Assembly: GCA_049967655.1 (NCBI GenBank)
Contig: JBMFSH010000003.1
Location: forward strand, 64,001 to 128,000
Direction: 5' to 3'
Length of the DNA: 64,000 bases
DNA from: Acidobacteriota bacterium
Lineage (GTDB): Bacteria; Acidobacteriota; UBA4820; DSQY01
A program made the translations under genes and the position numbers. This document shows, piece after piece, positions 9,411 through 19,977 of the stretch (positions within the stretch are counted from its first letter, which is position 1; each line of letters opens with the position of its first letter). The notes beneath the pieces are model-generated. The model was not told the DNA's origin. It saw only the letters and a list, made by a program, of their open reading frames with translations, and made no database searches.

Positions 9411-9549
9411 CGCGTTTAGGGGGATCTCTCCCGCAATCGCGCGCCTGCGCGCCGTGGCGGCCGCCGTCAGACGACGACCAAGCCCGCAGGACTCTCGTCC
9501 CCGGGGGTGCGGCGCGCTCTCACGATGTGTTTCGAACCCGACGAAGAGG

Positions 9550-10941
9550 CTAGGAGCTCTTCAGGGAGGGAGGCTCGGCGATGATGGCGCCCGCTTCCTG
9601 GCGGAGCGTCCAGCCGGGGCCTAGATTCAGGGTCCAGCCTTTACCCACCAGGTGAAGGGGATGGTCCAGGCTTCCGGGGGTCACCGCCTCCCGGCCGAGC
9701 GGAAGCCACAGCTCGTGCCAGTCGGAAGTCACCAGCACCGCGCCATCGGAGGTCAGGCTGCCGTCCGGCGACTGCCACGAGAAAGCGCCCGTATAGCAGG
9801 TCCCCAGCTTGCCCATGGCGATCTGGTGGTTGGGGTCGAAGACGATGCGCATGTCGCGGGGGCAGATGCGCAGGGTAGTTCCGGCCGTGAACTGCTTCTG
9901 AAGCGCCTCCCGCTCGGCGCTCATGCGGGCCCATCGCGCCTCCTCCTCCTTCTGGATCCCCTGGATGCCGAAAGAGACACCCAGCTCATCGGCCCTCGAT
10001 GTCAGGGCCTCCTTCTCCCGGGCGGTGAGGTTGCCTCCGGCCAGGGCCCTCGAGACCAGCGCCTTGGCGCCCATGATCTGGTCCGCGGCGAGGAGCTGGA
10101 GATCGGGCTCCGGCATGAGGAGGAGGCTCTGCCGCCAGCCCTTGGCCAGATCGTCCATGAGAAAGCCATAGGCCGGTCCCGTCATGTAGGCGAAGCTCCT
10201 GACGTAGGATTGGTTCGTGTCCAGCCGACCGCGAATCGTGGCCGCCAGATCGGCGCTGGGGTCCTCGATGGGGGGCAGCTTCCAGGCCATGTACTCCGCG
10301 ACTCCCTCGCGCACGTCGAGAGTCCGCTCCCACTGGCGCTCGTCGGGGTCGGCGATCTGGTAGCGCTCGGCCCGGAAGGTGAGGGCGGCCTCGAAGTCCT
10401 CCCGGCGCTGCTCTCCCGTGTGGCCGAGTCCGCGGACGAGGGCCTCCACCTCCAGCCGGAGCCACAGGCGCCCCTCGGGCTCGTCCAGCAGCTCCGTCGG
10501 CTCTCCCTGCGGGATGGAGGAGGGGAGCACCCTGTCTTCGATGCTATGCCAGCCTTCGCGGAGAAGCAGGCGCAGAGCCCGTGCCGCCTGGTGGGGAAAG
10601 TCGGATGCCAGAATCATGGCCCACGTTTTGCCGGCGAATTGGGTGGCGGTGGTGGCCACGGCCAGGGAGTGGGGCCGCGGCCCCACCCACAACCCCTTCG
10701 TACTGTGGAAGGCGGAAAGTTTGGGATCCTCGGTCAGGATGAGGTCGTTCCTCTCCACGGCCATCCAGCGGACGGCCGGCAGGGGCCGGCCCCAGAGCGC
10801 GCTTCCCTGCTCGTCGTAAAGGCTCGACGCCTGCCGCGTCAGGTCCCTGAAGTTGAAGAGAAACATCTGGGCCGACGGATTTTTGGGCCACAGGAGCGAG
10901 GCCCACAGCAGCCCAAGCACGACGAGAGCCGCTCGCTTCAA
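9550..10941 (-). CDS. Secreted hypothetical protein with a degenerate zincin-like motif
   Basis: TTG start after GGAGGG RBS, signal peptide, REGWH followed by EGVAEY. Confidence 0.7.
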   Translation of the reverse strand: MKRAALVVLGLLWASLLWPKNPSAQMFLFNFRDLTRQASSLYDEQGSALWGRPLPAVRWMAVERNDLILTEDPKLSAFHSTKGLWVGPRPHSLAVATTATQFAGKTWAMILASDFPHQAARALRLLLREGWHSIEDRVLPSSIPQGEPTELLDEPEGRLWLRLEVEALVRGLGHTGEQRREDFEAALTFRAERYQIADPDERQWERTLDVREGVAEYMAWKLPPIEDPSADLAATIRGRLDTNQSYVRSFAYMTGPAYGFLMDDLAKGWRQSLLLMPEPDLQLLAADQIMGAKALVSRALAGGNLTAREKEALTSRADELGVSFGIQGIQKEEEARWARMSAEREALQKQFTAGTTLRICPRDMRIVFDPNHQIAMGKLGTCYTGAFSWQSPDGSLTSDGAVLVTSDWHELWLPLGREAVTPGSLDHPLHLVGKGWTLNLGPGWTLRQEAGAIIAEPPSLKSS

Positions 10942-10988
10942 GCCAATCCCCTCCGGACCCGCGGCCCCGTCTTGGATAGGCCCTGGCT

Positions 10989-11117
10989 CTACGCCCGGCG
11001 GCCCCGGTCCAGGCGGCCCGTGACCCACCGGAAGACCAGCAGGGCCGCGAAGGCCGCGAATCCAATCCCGGCGAAGGTATACCACAGATGGGGGGTGTGC
11101 GCATAGGCCCGCTCCAT
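10989..11117 (-). pseudogene. Single-TM peptide, possibly a C-terminal remnant of a transporter
   Basis: MERAYAHTPHLWYTFAGIGFAAFAALLVFRWVTGRLDRGRRA; a last-helix-like segment ending just before the next gene's RBS. Confidence 0.35.
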
Positions 11118-11242
11118 GGCGGCGGAGGAAGAGCCGCAGGCAGAAGGCTTGTGCACAAGCTGCAATCCTGGCAGGCGGAGCGCGACCAGGACCCGGAATG
11201 ATGGACCGGAACCGTGGGGCAGGCACCGAAGGGCCCCCCATG

Positions 11243-11276
11243 CCGTCATTCTGGCGAGCGGAGCGAGTCCAGAATC
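11243..11276 (+). repeat. Short palindromic repeat family C
   Basis: CCGTCATTCTGGCGAGCGGAGCGAGTCCAGAATC; identical at 21232-21265, inverted at 17218-17249. Confidence 0.85.
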
Positions 11277-11334
11277 GCAGAGGGCCAAGGGCGACGGTGC
11301 GGCGCTCTGCCCTGTGCCCTCCCGGTCATCCTTC

Positions 11335-13176
11335 TCAGGAGCGACCCTTCGAAGCTTCCGCCAGCGGCAGTCTGACCGTGAAGGTGGCCCCCGGCGGCGG
11401 GTCGTTATTTGCGGCCTCCACGGTGCCTCCGTGGGCGGTGGCGATCTGGCGGACGATGGCGAGCCCGAGGCCGGTGCCGCCCTTGCGCCCCGTCTGGAAG
11501 GGCTGGAAGAGGCGGGGGAGCAGGTCGGCGGGAATGCCGGGACCGGCGTCGGTGACGGTGACGAGCGCTTGGGTCCCCTCGCGGCGCGCAAGCACCTGCA
11601 CCACGCCGCCCGGCGGCGTGAAGGAGAGGGCGTTCTGACCCAGGTTGGCGAAGAGTTGCTGGAGCTTTACCGCAATGCCCATCACCTCCAGGGGCTCCTG
11701 CCCGAGGTCCAAGAGGCACGCGCCGGTATCCGCTCCCCCCGCCGAGACGACCTCCTTGGCTTCCCGCAGGACCGCCCGCAGATCGAGGGGGACGAACTCC
11801 TCCGGGTTGATGGGCCGTCCCAGGGTGAGCAGGTCGTTCATCAGGGCGTTGAGCCGACGGGTCTGCTCCTGGATGTGCATGACGTACTCACCGAATTCCG
11901 GCTTATCCTTGAGCTTGCGTTCGAGGGCCGTGACGATGGTCGTGATGGCGAAGAGGGGGTTGCGCACCTCGTGGGCCACCCCACCCGCGATCATGCCCAC
12001 GGTCTCCAGCCTCTTGGCCTGTTCCAGCTTCCGCTGCAGCTCGATCTCCTGGGTCACGTCGCGCTTGGCCGCCACGAAGGCGGTAATGGTCCCGGAGGCA
12101 TCGCGCACGGGCGAGAGGATGGACTCTTCCACAAAGAGCGAGCCGTCCTTGCGCCGGTTGGTAAACCGGCCCCTCCAGGGCTGTCCGGCGAGGAGGGTGC
12201 TCCACATCCGTTCGTAGAAGGCCTTGTCGTGGAGCCCGCTCTTGAGGATTCGGGGATTCTGGCCCACGGCCTCCTGCGGCGAGTACCCGGTGATGTGTTC
12301 GAAGGCCGGGTTCACGTAGAGGATGGTCCCCTGGAGGTCGGTCATCACGATGCTCTCGTGGCTCTGTTCGATGGCGGCCGCGAGGCGGGCGCCCTCCTCC
12401 TCGGCGCGCCTCTGCTCCGTGACGTCGATGATGGTCCCCTCGATGGTCTCCTCGCCGCTCCTTCTGTCCGGGATGAGGGAGGCGTTCTCCAGAACCCAGA
12501 CCGGGCTGCCGTCCTTGCGGCGCCCTTCGGAGATGAGGTTCTTCAACAGCCGCTCGCGCCTCAGGCGCTCGACGAAGGCGGCCCTGGACTCCGGGTTCGG
12601 GTGGAAGACCTGGGCGGGCTGGGCCAGCGCCTCCTCCCGGGAGTCGTACCCGTAGATCGCCGCCAGGGCGTCGTTGCAATCCAGCAGGCGGCCGTCGGTG
12701 GTGGAGCGGTACACGCCCGCGAGGTTCCGCTCGAAGAGGAGGCGGTAGCTCTCCTCGCTCTCGCGCAGCTCCACCTCGGCCTGCCGCCTCTCGGCCAGCA
12801 GCCGCCGCTTCTCCATGGCCCCGCGAATGGCGGGCACGAGGCGCGCCAGGCGGTCCTTGAGGATGTAGTCGTCGGCGCCGGCCTTCATGCACTCCACGGC
12901 CGTCTCCTCGTTGAGGGAGCCAGTGATGATGATGAAGGGAACCTCGGGGGCGCGCTCGCCCGCGAGGCGCAGCGCCGACAGGCCGTCGAATTGGGGCAGG
13001 TTGTAGTCGGAGAGGATGAGATCGGGCTCGAACTCCTCCAGGGCGGCGAGGAACTCCTCGCGGGTTTCGACGCGCCGGGAGACGAAGTCGAGGTCCTCCT
13101 TCCGGATCTCCCGCTCCACCAGAGCCGCGTCCGTGGGCACGTCTTCCACCAGGAGAATGCGCAGGGGTTGGCTCAT
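11335..13176 (-). CDS. Hybrid REC-PAS-PAS histidine kinase
   Basis: ILLVED...LILSDYNLP receiver, two PAS, AHEVRNPL H-box, DAGPGI, GTGLGL. Confidence 0.92.
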   Translation of the reverse strand: MSQPLRILLVEDVPTDAALVEREIRKEDLDFVSRRVETREEFLAALEEFEPDLILSDYNLPQFDGLSALRLAGERAPEVPFIIITGSLNEETAVECMKAGADDYILKDRLARLVPAIRGAMEKRRLLAERRQAEVELRESEESYRLLFERNLAGVYRSTTDGRLLDCNDALAAIYGYDSREEALAQPAQVFHPNPESRAAFVERLRRERLLKNLISEGRRKDGSPVWVLENASLIPDRRSGEETIEGTIIDVTEQRRAEEEGARLAAAIEQSHESIVMTDLQGTILYVNPAFEHITGYSPQEAVGQNPRILKSGLHDKAFYERMWSTLLAGQPWRGRFTNRRKDGSLFVEESILSPVRDASGTITAFVAAKRDVTQEIELQRKLEQAKRLETVGMIAGGVAHEVRNPLFAITTIVTALERKLKDKPEFGEYVMHIQEQTRRLNALMNDLLTLGRPINPEEFVPLDLRAVLREAKEVVSAGGADTGACLLDLGQEPLEVMGIAVKLQQLFANLGQNALSFTPPGGVVQVLARREGTQALVTVTDAGPGIPADLLPRLFQPFQTGRKGGTGLGLAIVRQIATAHGGTVEAANNDPPPGATFTVRLPLAEASKGRS

Positions 13177-13238
13177 GGTGTCCTCCTCCGCTGTCGGTTC
13201 GCGCGGCTCCGCAAGGGCGCGGTCACGGGGGGCGGCTC

Positions 13239-13682
13239 CTACCGGGGCGGCTGGTTCAACAGGAGCCAGTAGAGGCCGAGGTGGGAGACGGCCTGCACGA
13301 AGTTCTCGAAGCCCACCGGCTTGACGATGTAGCTGTTCACGCCCAGGCGGTAGCTCTCGATCACATCGCGCTCTTCGCGGGAGGAGGTGAGGACCACCAC
13401 GGGAATGATCTTCGTCCGCTCGTCGCCCTTCACCCGCCGCAGGACCTCCAGGCCGTCCACCTTGGGGAGCTTGAGGTCCAGGAGGATGACCTTGGGGATC
13501 GGGACCGTCTCCCGCCCCTCGTAGGCGCCCTCGCCGAAGAGGAAATCCAGCGCCTCGGCGCCGTCCGAAACCGAGTAGATGGGATTGACGATGTTGCCCT
13601 TCCTGAGCGCCCTGAGCGCCAGCTCCAGGTCGTTCGGGTCGTCCTCGACGATCAGGATATCCACCGGCTCATGTGCCTCCAT
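13239..13682 (-). CDS. Single-domain response regulator (Rcp1-like)
   Basis: [35 protein letters not shown]. Confidence 0.93.
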   Translation of the reverse strand: MEAHEPVDILIVEDDPNDLELALRALRKGNIVNPIYSVSDGAEALDFLFGEGAYEGRETVPIPKVILLDLKLPKVDGLEVLRRVKGDERTKIIPVVVLTSSREERDVIESYRLGVNSYIVKPVGFENFVQAVSHLGLYWLLLNQPPR

Positions 13683-16600
13683 CGTGCTCCCCCTCGGCCT
13701 CCGGCAGGCTGAAGAAGAAGGTGGCGCCCTCTCCCAGCCGGCTCTCGGCCCAGACGCGCCCGCCGTGGCGGGTGACGATGCGCTTGACGATGGACAGCCC
13801 CACGCCCGTGCCCGGGAACTCCGCCTTGCCGTGCAGGCGCTGGAAGATTCCGAAGAGCTTGTGGGCGTACCTCTCGTCGAAGCCCACGCCGTTGTCTCTC
13901 ACCCAGTATACCACCTGTGCGCCGTCCCGCCGTCCTCCCACCTCGATGACCGCCGGCCTTCGGCCGGCCGAGAACTTGAGCGCGTTGCTCATGAGGTTGA
14001 CCCAGACCTGCCGGAGGAGGGAGGGATCGCCGGTGGCCCTCTCCAGGGGCGCCAGGTGGAGGGTGAGGCCGGGGCGGGGCTGGACGCCGGCGAGCTCCTC
14101 GAAGGCCAGACGCGCCAGCGCCGTCATGTCCACCGGGGCACGCCGCAGCTCGTGGCGCCCCGCGCGGGAGAGGTTCAGCAGGTCGTCGATGAGCTGGCCC
14201 ATCTGCCGGGTGCTGGAGCGGATGACCCCCAACAGGCGCCGGCCCTCGTCGTCGAGCCGCTCTCCGTAGTCCTCGTCCAGCGCCCGCGAAAAGCCGTCGA
14301 TGGCCCTGAGGGGCGCCCGCAGGTCGTGGGAGACGGAATAGGAAAAGGCCTCCAGCTCCTCGTTGGAGGCCTTCAGCTCGGCGGTGCGCTCTTGGACGCG
14401 CCGCTCCAGCTCCTCGTAGAGCTGCACGTTTTCGATGGCACGCGCCGTGGCGCCCGCGAGGGCCTGGAGAATGGCCACCTCGTCGTCCGTGGCCCTCCTC
14501 TTCTCGGCCCAGTAGGCGCCGATGGCACCCATGGGCTCCTCCCGCCGGACGGGCACCACGGCGAGGCTTTTGACGAAGGTGGTGCGGTAGGCGTCGTGGG
14601 GGATGCGCGGATCGGCGTAGATGTCCTCGATGACGGCCGTCTCCCCGCGCAGCATGGCCCACCCGCTGATGCACTCCTCCAGGGGAAAGCGCGTGCCCTT
14701 CCAGAGGGGGCCGATGGCGTCCTCCTCCACGTAGCGGCACTGGTCCCCCTCTCGCAGCACGAAGGTCACGCCGTCCGCTCCCACCAGCCAGCGGGCCGAC
14801 CGGCGGACCACCTCCGTCACGTCCGAAAGGCTCCGCGCCGCGGCCAGCTCCTGGACGGCCACGGCCAGCAGGCGAAGGCGCTCGTTGAGCCGGCGGACCT
14901 CCTCCTCGGCGCGCAGGCGCTCCGTGACGTCCAGGGAGACCCCGCCGAGGAGCGTCCCCGACGGACTCGGAATGGGAAATTTGATGGAGCTGAAGAGGCG
15001 CTGATCGCCGTGCAGGGGCAGCCCCTCTTGCCACCGGGTCGGCCCATTTTTCGAGAGAGCCTCGGTGTCGTGGCCACGCAGGGAGGCCCCAACCTCGGCG
15101 CCGTAGATCTCTTCGGGCGTACGGCCGATGCACTCCTCGACGGGCCGGCCCAGCGTGGAGGCCATGTACTCGTTCAAGTAGAGGTAGCGGCTCTCGGCGT
15201 CCTTGATGAAGACGCGCGCCGGGATTGCCTGCATGAAGAGCCGGAAACGCTCCTCGCTCTCCCGAAGCGCCTCCTGCGCCTTGAGGCGCTCGGCCCTCAC
15301 TTCGAGGACCTCGAGGGCGTACCCCAAGTCCCCCGCCAGCTCGTCCAGGAGGGCCACCTCCTCCTCGCCGAAGGCGTGGGGCCGCTCGGCGTAGACGGTG
15401 AGCGCGCCCACGACGGCCTCGCGCACGCGGATGGGAAAGGCCGCCGAGGAGCGGTAGCCGGCCCGAAGGGCCGCTTCCCTCCAGGGGGCCATGGCCGGGT
15501 TGGTGGTCACGTCCAGGTTGAGGACGTGGCGGTTCTCCCGGATGGCCGTGCCCGTGGGGCCGCGCCCGGCGGGGGAGTGGTCCCAGCGCACCGTCACCCC
15601 CTCGAGATAGGCCCTGGCGCCCTCGCTGGAAGCAACGGGAGCCACCGTTCCCGTGGATTCGCCCTTGAATCCGATCCAGGCCATGCGGAACAGGCCTTGC
15701 TCCGCGAGGATGCGGCAGGCCCCGGAGAGCAGGCGCTGGCGCTCCTGCTCGCGCACGATGAGCTGGTTGATCTCCGAGAGGGTCCTGAGCAGTCGGTTGA
15801 GCTGGAGGATGCGCCCCTCGGAGCGCTCCCGCTCCGCGAGGACCGCCTTCAAGGCCCCCAGCCGCTGGCGGCGCCAGAGGCCGTACCCCGCGCCCGCCAG
15901 GATCATCAGGAGAGCCAGAAGCAGCAGTCCCTGCTGGATCATGTCCCGGTGGTAGGAGGCCAGCGCCTCCGAGCGGTCCACCTTCACCACCAGGCCCCAG
16001 TTCGTCCCCCGGATTGGCCGGGTGGCCGCGAAAACCGGCACGCCGCGGTAGTCGGTGAACGCGCCGAAGGTCTTCCGGCCCTCCGCGGCGAAACGGGCGG
16101 CGAGGCCGGGGGTACTGAGCGGCAGGCGAAGCGGGAGTGGTTTGGCCGGCCAGAACCGGAGCGGGCTGATGAAGAGGATGCTCCCATCCTCTACCTCGGC
16201 CAGGACCGTCTCGCCCGTCCGGGTTGGGACGGGTTGGTGCTGGAGCAGCGGGAAGAGCCACCGGGCGGGGTCCATGATGAGCAGGACCCACCCCCTCGCC
16301 GGCACGCCCCCCTGCTGGCCCGGTGCCCTCACGAGCGCGAGAAATCCCATCCGCGTGTCACCCGTCCTCACGCCCCGATAGATCAACGCCCCCTGGTTTT
16401 GTCCGGCGCGGGCCGCACGCGCCGCCGCGGCACACGGGGGTGCGAGAGGGGGAGCGCCCTCCGTTGCGGCCACCTCCTCGCCGCTTGCGTTCAGGACGTA
16501 TGCGGCCAGGTACCCGGCGTTGGTTACGAAGCTGTCGAGGACCTGATCGACGTGCCGTTTCACCAGGGGCAGAGCGCCTCGGCCGGCCAACAGCTCATCG

Positions 16601-16860
16601 ACGCTCGGGAAGGAGGCGATCTCGCGAGCGTCGCCCCAGCGCTCGGTGAGCCACGCTTCCAGCGCCTTCTCCCGGTCGTCCGCCATGGCCGTGAGGCGTC
16701 CCCCCCACGCCTCCACGGCCTGCTCCCGCTCGGCGAGGGCGTAACGGCGGGCCCCCAGGCCGATGAGCGCGAGCAGCGCCAGGCAGAGAGCCAGGCCCAG
16801 GGCGCGGCGAAGCGAGAGGTGCCCCGGTTTCTCGGAATCGGTTGGAGCCGGGAAGCCCAT
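13669..16860 (-). CDS. Membrane sensor histidine kinase (Cache-like, GAF, PAS, GAF, HisKA)
   Basis: Two TM segments, [37 protein letters not shown]. Confidence 0.92.
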   Translation of the reverse strand: MGFPAPTDSEKPGHLSLRRALGLALCLALLALIGLGARRYALAEREQAVEAWGGRLTAMADDREKALEAWLTERWGDAREIASFPSVDELLAGRGALPLVKRHVDQVLDSFVTNAGYLAAYVLNASGEEVAATEGAPPLAPPCAAAARAARAGQNQGALIYRGVRTGDTRMGFLALVRAPGQQGGVPARGWVLLIMDPARWLFPLLQHQPVPTRTGETVLAEVEDGSILFISPLRFWPAKPLPLRLPLSTPGLAARFAAEGRKTFGAFTDYRGVPVFAATRPIRGTNWGLVVKVDRSEALASYHRDMIQQGLLLLALLMILAGAGYGLWRRQRLGALKAVLAERERSEGRILQLNRLLRTLSEINQLIVREQERQRLLSGACRILAEQGLFRMAWIGFKGESTGTVAPVASSEGARAYLEGVTVRWDHSPAGRGPTGTAIRENRHVLNLDVTTNPAMAPWREAALRAGYRSSAAFPIRVREAVVGALTVYAERPHAFGEEEVALLDELAGDLGYALEVLEVRAERLKAQEALRESEERFRLFMQAIPARVFIKDAESRYLYLNEYMASTLGRPVEECIGRTPEEIYGAEVGASLRGHDTEALSKNGPTRWQEGLPLHGDQRLFSSIKFPIPSPSGTLLGGVSLDVTERLRAEEEVRRLNERLRLLAVAVQELAAARSLSDVTEVVRRSARWLVGADGVTFVLREGDQCRYVEEDAIGPLWKGTRFPLEECISGWAMLRGETAVIEDIYADPRIPHDAYRTTFVKSLAVVPVRREEPMGAIGAYWAEKRRATDDEVAILQALAGATARAIENVQLYEELERRVQERTAELKASNEELEAFSYSVSHDLRAPLRAIDGFSRALDEDYGERLDDEGRRLLGVIRSSTRQMGQLIDDLLNLSRAGRHELRRAPVDMTALARLAFEELAGVQPRPGLTLHLAPLERATGDPSLLRQVWVNLMSNALKFSAGRRPAVIEVGGRRDGAQVVYWVRDNGVGFDERYAHKLFGIFQRLHGKAEFPGTGVGLSIVKRIVTRHGGRVWAESRLGEGATFFFSLPEAEGEHDGGT

Positions 16861-16976
16861 TCTGGTTCCCCCTCCGCGCCGCCCAACGATGATTATCCCG
16901 TTGGGTCCGCCGCCAGCTTGCTCGCGCTGATGCCACTGTAGGCCCCCCGCACCGGCCGGTCAAGCCCTCCCGCCAT

Positions 16977-17173
16977 CCCAAATTCCGCGATGCAATTCCC
17001 GCCGGCGTGGGAGCCCTCGCCTGACGGCGACTACTCCTCGCGATTAGGCAATTAAGCGATTAGGCGAGATGGGATGAAAGGTCGGCCCCCTTTCAGGCAA
17101 ACTACCCTAGCTCGCAACCCATGGCTGGATGAGCCTTGCCTCGCCATCTCCTCGCTCAATCGCGGAATCTGGG
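16977..17173 (-). mobile_element. Repeat family B, copy 2 (inverted)
   Basis: CCCAAATTCCGCGAT ... ATCGCGGAATCTGGG; GCCAT on both flanks (16972-16976, 17174-17178). Confidence 0.82.
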
Positions 17174-17189
17174 GCCATCCCCTCGTTCC

Positions 17190-17249
17190 CCGTCATTCCG
17201 GCTTGTCCGGAATCAGGTTCTGGACTCGCTCCGCTCGCCAGAATGACGG
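17190..17249. repeat. Repeat family C inverted pair
   Basis: CCGTCATTCCGGCTTGTCCGGAATC followed by TTCTGGACTCGCTCCGCTCGCCAGAATGACGG. Confidence 0.75.
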
Positions 17250-17280
17250 CATAGGAGATGTCATGGGCGAGCGCCCTTGG

Positions 17281-19668
17281 TCATCCTGACCCCTCGCTCC
17301 CCGCCGTGCCCTCCACGATCGGCAGCTTCACGGTGAAGGTGGCCCCGGGCGGGGGGGCGTTGTCGGCGGCCTCGAGGGTGCCGCCGCTGCTCTCGACGTA
17401 GTGGCGGGCGAGGGCGAGGCCGAGCCCCCTGCGGTTCGAGCTGGCGGTAACGAAGGGTTCGAAGAGGCGGTCCCGGATGGAGGGGGGCAGGCCCGGCCCC
17501 TGGTCGGAGATGCTGATGGCGCAGAGGCCATCCTTGCACACGCAGGCCAGTGTGACGGTGCCCTCGGGCGGGGAGACCTGGGCGGCGTTGTCGAGAAGGT
17601 GCAGGAGGGCCTTGACGATCTTTTGGGGGTCCGCTGCGAACGGCTGCGGGCGGTCGCAGAAGGCGGTCGCGACGCGGCCCCGGAGGCGGGGGTTGTTCTG
17701 CTCCGCCAGGGCCAGGGCCTCGGCCACGATCTGGCGCGGGTCGTTCACGAGGATCGCTTCGTGGCTGGAAACCTGGCCCAGCTCCAAAAGGCTCTGCATG
17801 AGAGAATTGAGCCGCCCGGCGTGTTCGAGCACGTTGTCCAGGAAGCTCCGGGTCTCGGCGCTGGGGCTGAAGCGCCGCGCCAGGGCCTCGAGGTTGACCT
17901 GGATGGCGAAGAGGGGGTTGCGCACCTCGTGGGCCACGCCGGCGGCGATGGTGCCGATGATCTCCAGGCCCCTGGCGCGCAGGCGCTCGCGGGCGAGGGC
18001 CTCGTGCTCGGAGAGGTCCATGAGCGTGCCCTCGATGAGCTGTTCGCCTTGCGGTCCCCTGATGAGGGCGACATTCTCAATGGCCTGAAAGAGCGAGCCG
18101 TCCTTTCGCCGGGCCATGACTTCGTGTCGCGTGAGTGCTCCCTCGCGCAGGAGCCTCTGGAGAAATCCGCCATATTGCGACGGGTCGGCCGAGAAGTGGT
18201 GGTCCCTCGCTTCCATGGCTTCCGCCGAGGAGCCAAAGCCGAACATGGCCGCAAAGGCGTGGTTGCACTCGAGGAGCCTGCCTTCCAGTGTCGTCAGATA
18301 GACCCCGGCCAGATTGTGCTCGAAGAGGGCGCGGTAGCGCTCCTCGCTTTCCGCCAGCGCCTTCTCGGCGCGCTTGCGGTCGGTGATCTCGATGGAGATC
18401 CCGCCCACCAGCGTGGTTCGGCCCTCGGCGTCTCGGACGGGGAATTTGGAGGCGATCCACCAGGTCTCACGGTCGTTGACGACCAGCCTCTCCTGATCCC
18501 AGAGGAGCTCCTCTCCCCCCAGGATCCGCGCGTCCTCCTCGAGGATGGCCTGGGCCTCGGCCGGGGGGAGGAGCTCATCCACGGGCCGCCCCAGGGCCTC
18601 CTGCGCCGTCTTGCCGGTCAGCCTTTCCCACGCCTCGTTGACGTAGACGTAGCGTCCCTCGGCGTCCCGGAGAAAGGCCAAGGCGGGAAGATAGCGCATG
18701 AAGGAGGCGAAGCGGGTCTCCGACTCCTGCCGGGCCCACAGCTCCGCCCGGAGCTCCTCGTTGAGGCGCGTGATGGTCGAGGTCTTCTCGCGGATGCCGT
18801 CTCGCAGGCGCTCGCGCCGGTTCACCAGGAGGTAGGTGAAGCAGAAGAGGAGGAGGGCGATGATCCCGCCGATGGCCCAGTGGAAGGCACTGCTTGCCTC
18901 CGTGTCTGCTCCCCAGCCGGCCGCGGGGGCGGCCCCGAACTCCCACCGGCCTCCTCCCAGCTCCAGCGACTTCAGGACCGGCCGGTCCGAGAAGAGCGAG
19001 GAGGGGCCGTAGACCACCTTGCCGTCCGGCCCGCGCACGGCGATGAGGAGGGGTGATCCCTTGGCGTCGAATCCCGCCTCCTCGAGGAGGCCGGGAAAAT
19101 CCACACAGACTCCGGCAATCCACCGGCCGCCGTCCGGGCCCTCCGCCGCCAACCTGGCCGTGATGTCCGTGCCGCCCTGGATGAGCGGGTGGGGAGGGGT
19201 GATGATGACCTGGCCCGTCCGGAGGGTCCGATCCACCGCGCCTCTCTCCTCGGGCCAGGCGTCGTGCCCCAGGTCCAGGCCGACGATCGCCTGGTTGCCC
19301 TTCTCGGGGTAGATGTAGGTGATCACTCCGTCGGGCGCGGCCCAAACGGCCTTCAGGCGGGGCGTCCGCTCGTAGATCTGTCGGAGGAAGGGGGGGAGAT
19401 CGGCGGGCAGGTCGGCGGCGGGGGTCACGCGGAGGAATGCGGCCAGGCTCTCCGCGGCCGCCAATCGCTTTTCGATGGTCAGTCGGAGCGCCAGGACACG
19501 ATCGCCTAGCCGGTCGGCCGTCTGAGCCCGCTGCAGCGCGATGACGCCCGTTCGGTGGAAGCGCGCCACCTGGGCCCAGAGGAGCACAAACAGGCCCGCG
19601 GCCAGAAGGCCGAAGGCCAGCGACCTTCGCCGCGGCTTCGTGAGGCGCCTCGCCCAGGATTCGAACAT
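17281..19668 (-). CDS. CHASE-PAS-PAS histidine kinase
   Basis: TM, CHASE-like (YIYPEKGNQAIVGLDL, LIQGG), TM, two PAS, AHEVRNPL, GLGLA. Confidence 0.9.
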   Translation of the reverse strand: MFESWARRLTKPRRRSLAFGLLAAGLFVLLWAQVARFHRTGVIALQRAQTADRLGDRVLALRLTIEKRLAAAESLAAFLRVTPAADLPADLPPFLRQIYERTPRLKAVWAAPDGVITYIYPEKGNQAIVGLDLGHDAWPEERGAVDRTLRTGQVIITPPHPLIQGGTDITARLAAEGPDGGRWIAGVCVDFPGLLEEAGFDAKGSPLLIAVRGPDGKVVYGPSSLFSDRPVLKSLELGGGRWEFGAAPAAGWGADTEASSAFHWAIGGIIALLLFCFTYLLVNRRERLRDGIREKTSTITRLNEELRAELWARQESETRFASFMRYLPALAFLRDAEGRYVYVNEAWERLTGKTAQEALGRPVDELLPPAEAQAILEEDARILGGEELLWDQERLVVNDRETWWIASKFPVRDAEGRTTLVGGISIEITDRKRAEKALAESEERYRALFEHNLAGVYLTTLEGRLLECNHAFAAMFGFGSSAEAMEARDHHFSADPSQYGGFLQRLLREGALTRHEVMARRKDGSLFQAIENVALIRGPQGEQLIEGTLMDLSEHEALARERLRARGLEIIGTIAAGVAHEVRNPLFAIQVNLEALARRFSPSAETRSFLDNVLEHAGRLNSLMQSLLELGQVSSHEAILVNDPRQIVAEALALAEQNNPRLRGRVATAFCDRPQPFAADPQKIVKALLHLLDNAAQVSPPEGTVTLACVCKDGLCAISISDQGPGLPPSIRDRLFEPFVTASSNRRGLGLALARHYVESSGGTLEAADNAPPPGATFTVKLPIVEGTAGSEGSG

Positions 19669-19755
19669 GCCCTAGCCCCTTATCCTTGGGATGCCCGATG
19701 GCATCCCCGCCACAGCGCGAACCGTATCGCGGCGGTTCGTTATGGACCGCATTGT

Positions 19756-19772
19756 TGCAAGAATAGGGCCAG
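19756..19772 (-). promoter_or_regulatory. Candidate sigma54 promoter for the CHASE kinase
   Basis: Minus strand CTGGCCCTATTCTTGCA, GG-N10-GC, ~88 bp upstream of the ATG at 19668. Confidence 0.6.
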
Positions 19773-19977
19773 TGTCCTTTCCCCTGCCGGCCCGCCCTCG
19801 GCATTGCCCCAGCTCAGGCTGGACGGGCGCTTGGGGTTGTCTCAAGGATGAGTGAGGATTCCGCGGGGGGATGGGGGGTCCTGGCCGGGTGACTAGGCTG
19901 TATAAGAACGGTGACAAAAGAGGCGGGAGGCGGCTACGCAGCTTGCTCCGGCGCCCTGTCTGCATTAGGCTGAGCCC

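Noticed and set aside
13579..16941. Long antisense and alternate-frame ORFs (e.g. 13579-16941+, 11116-13272+, 38298-40928-)
   Set aside because: They shadow well-supported genes, are expected at this GC content and carry no recognisable motifs.
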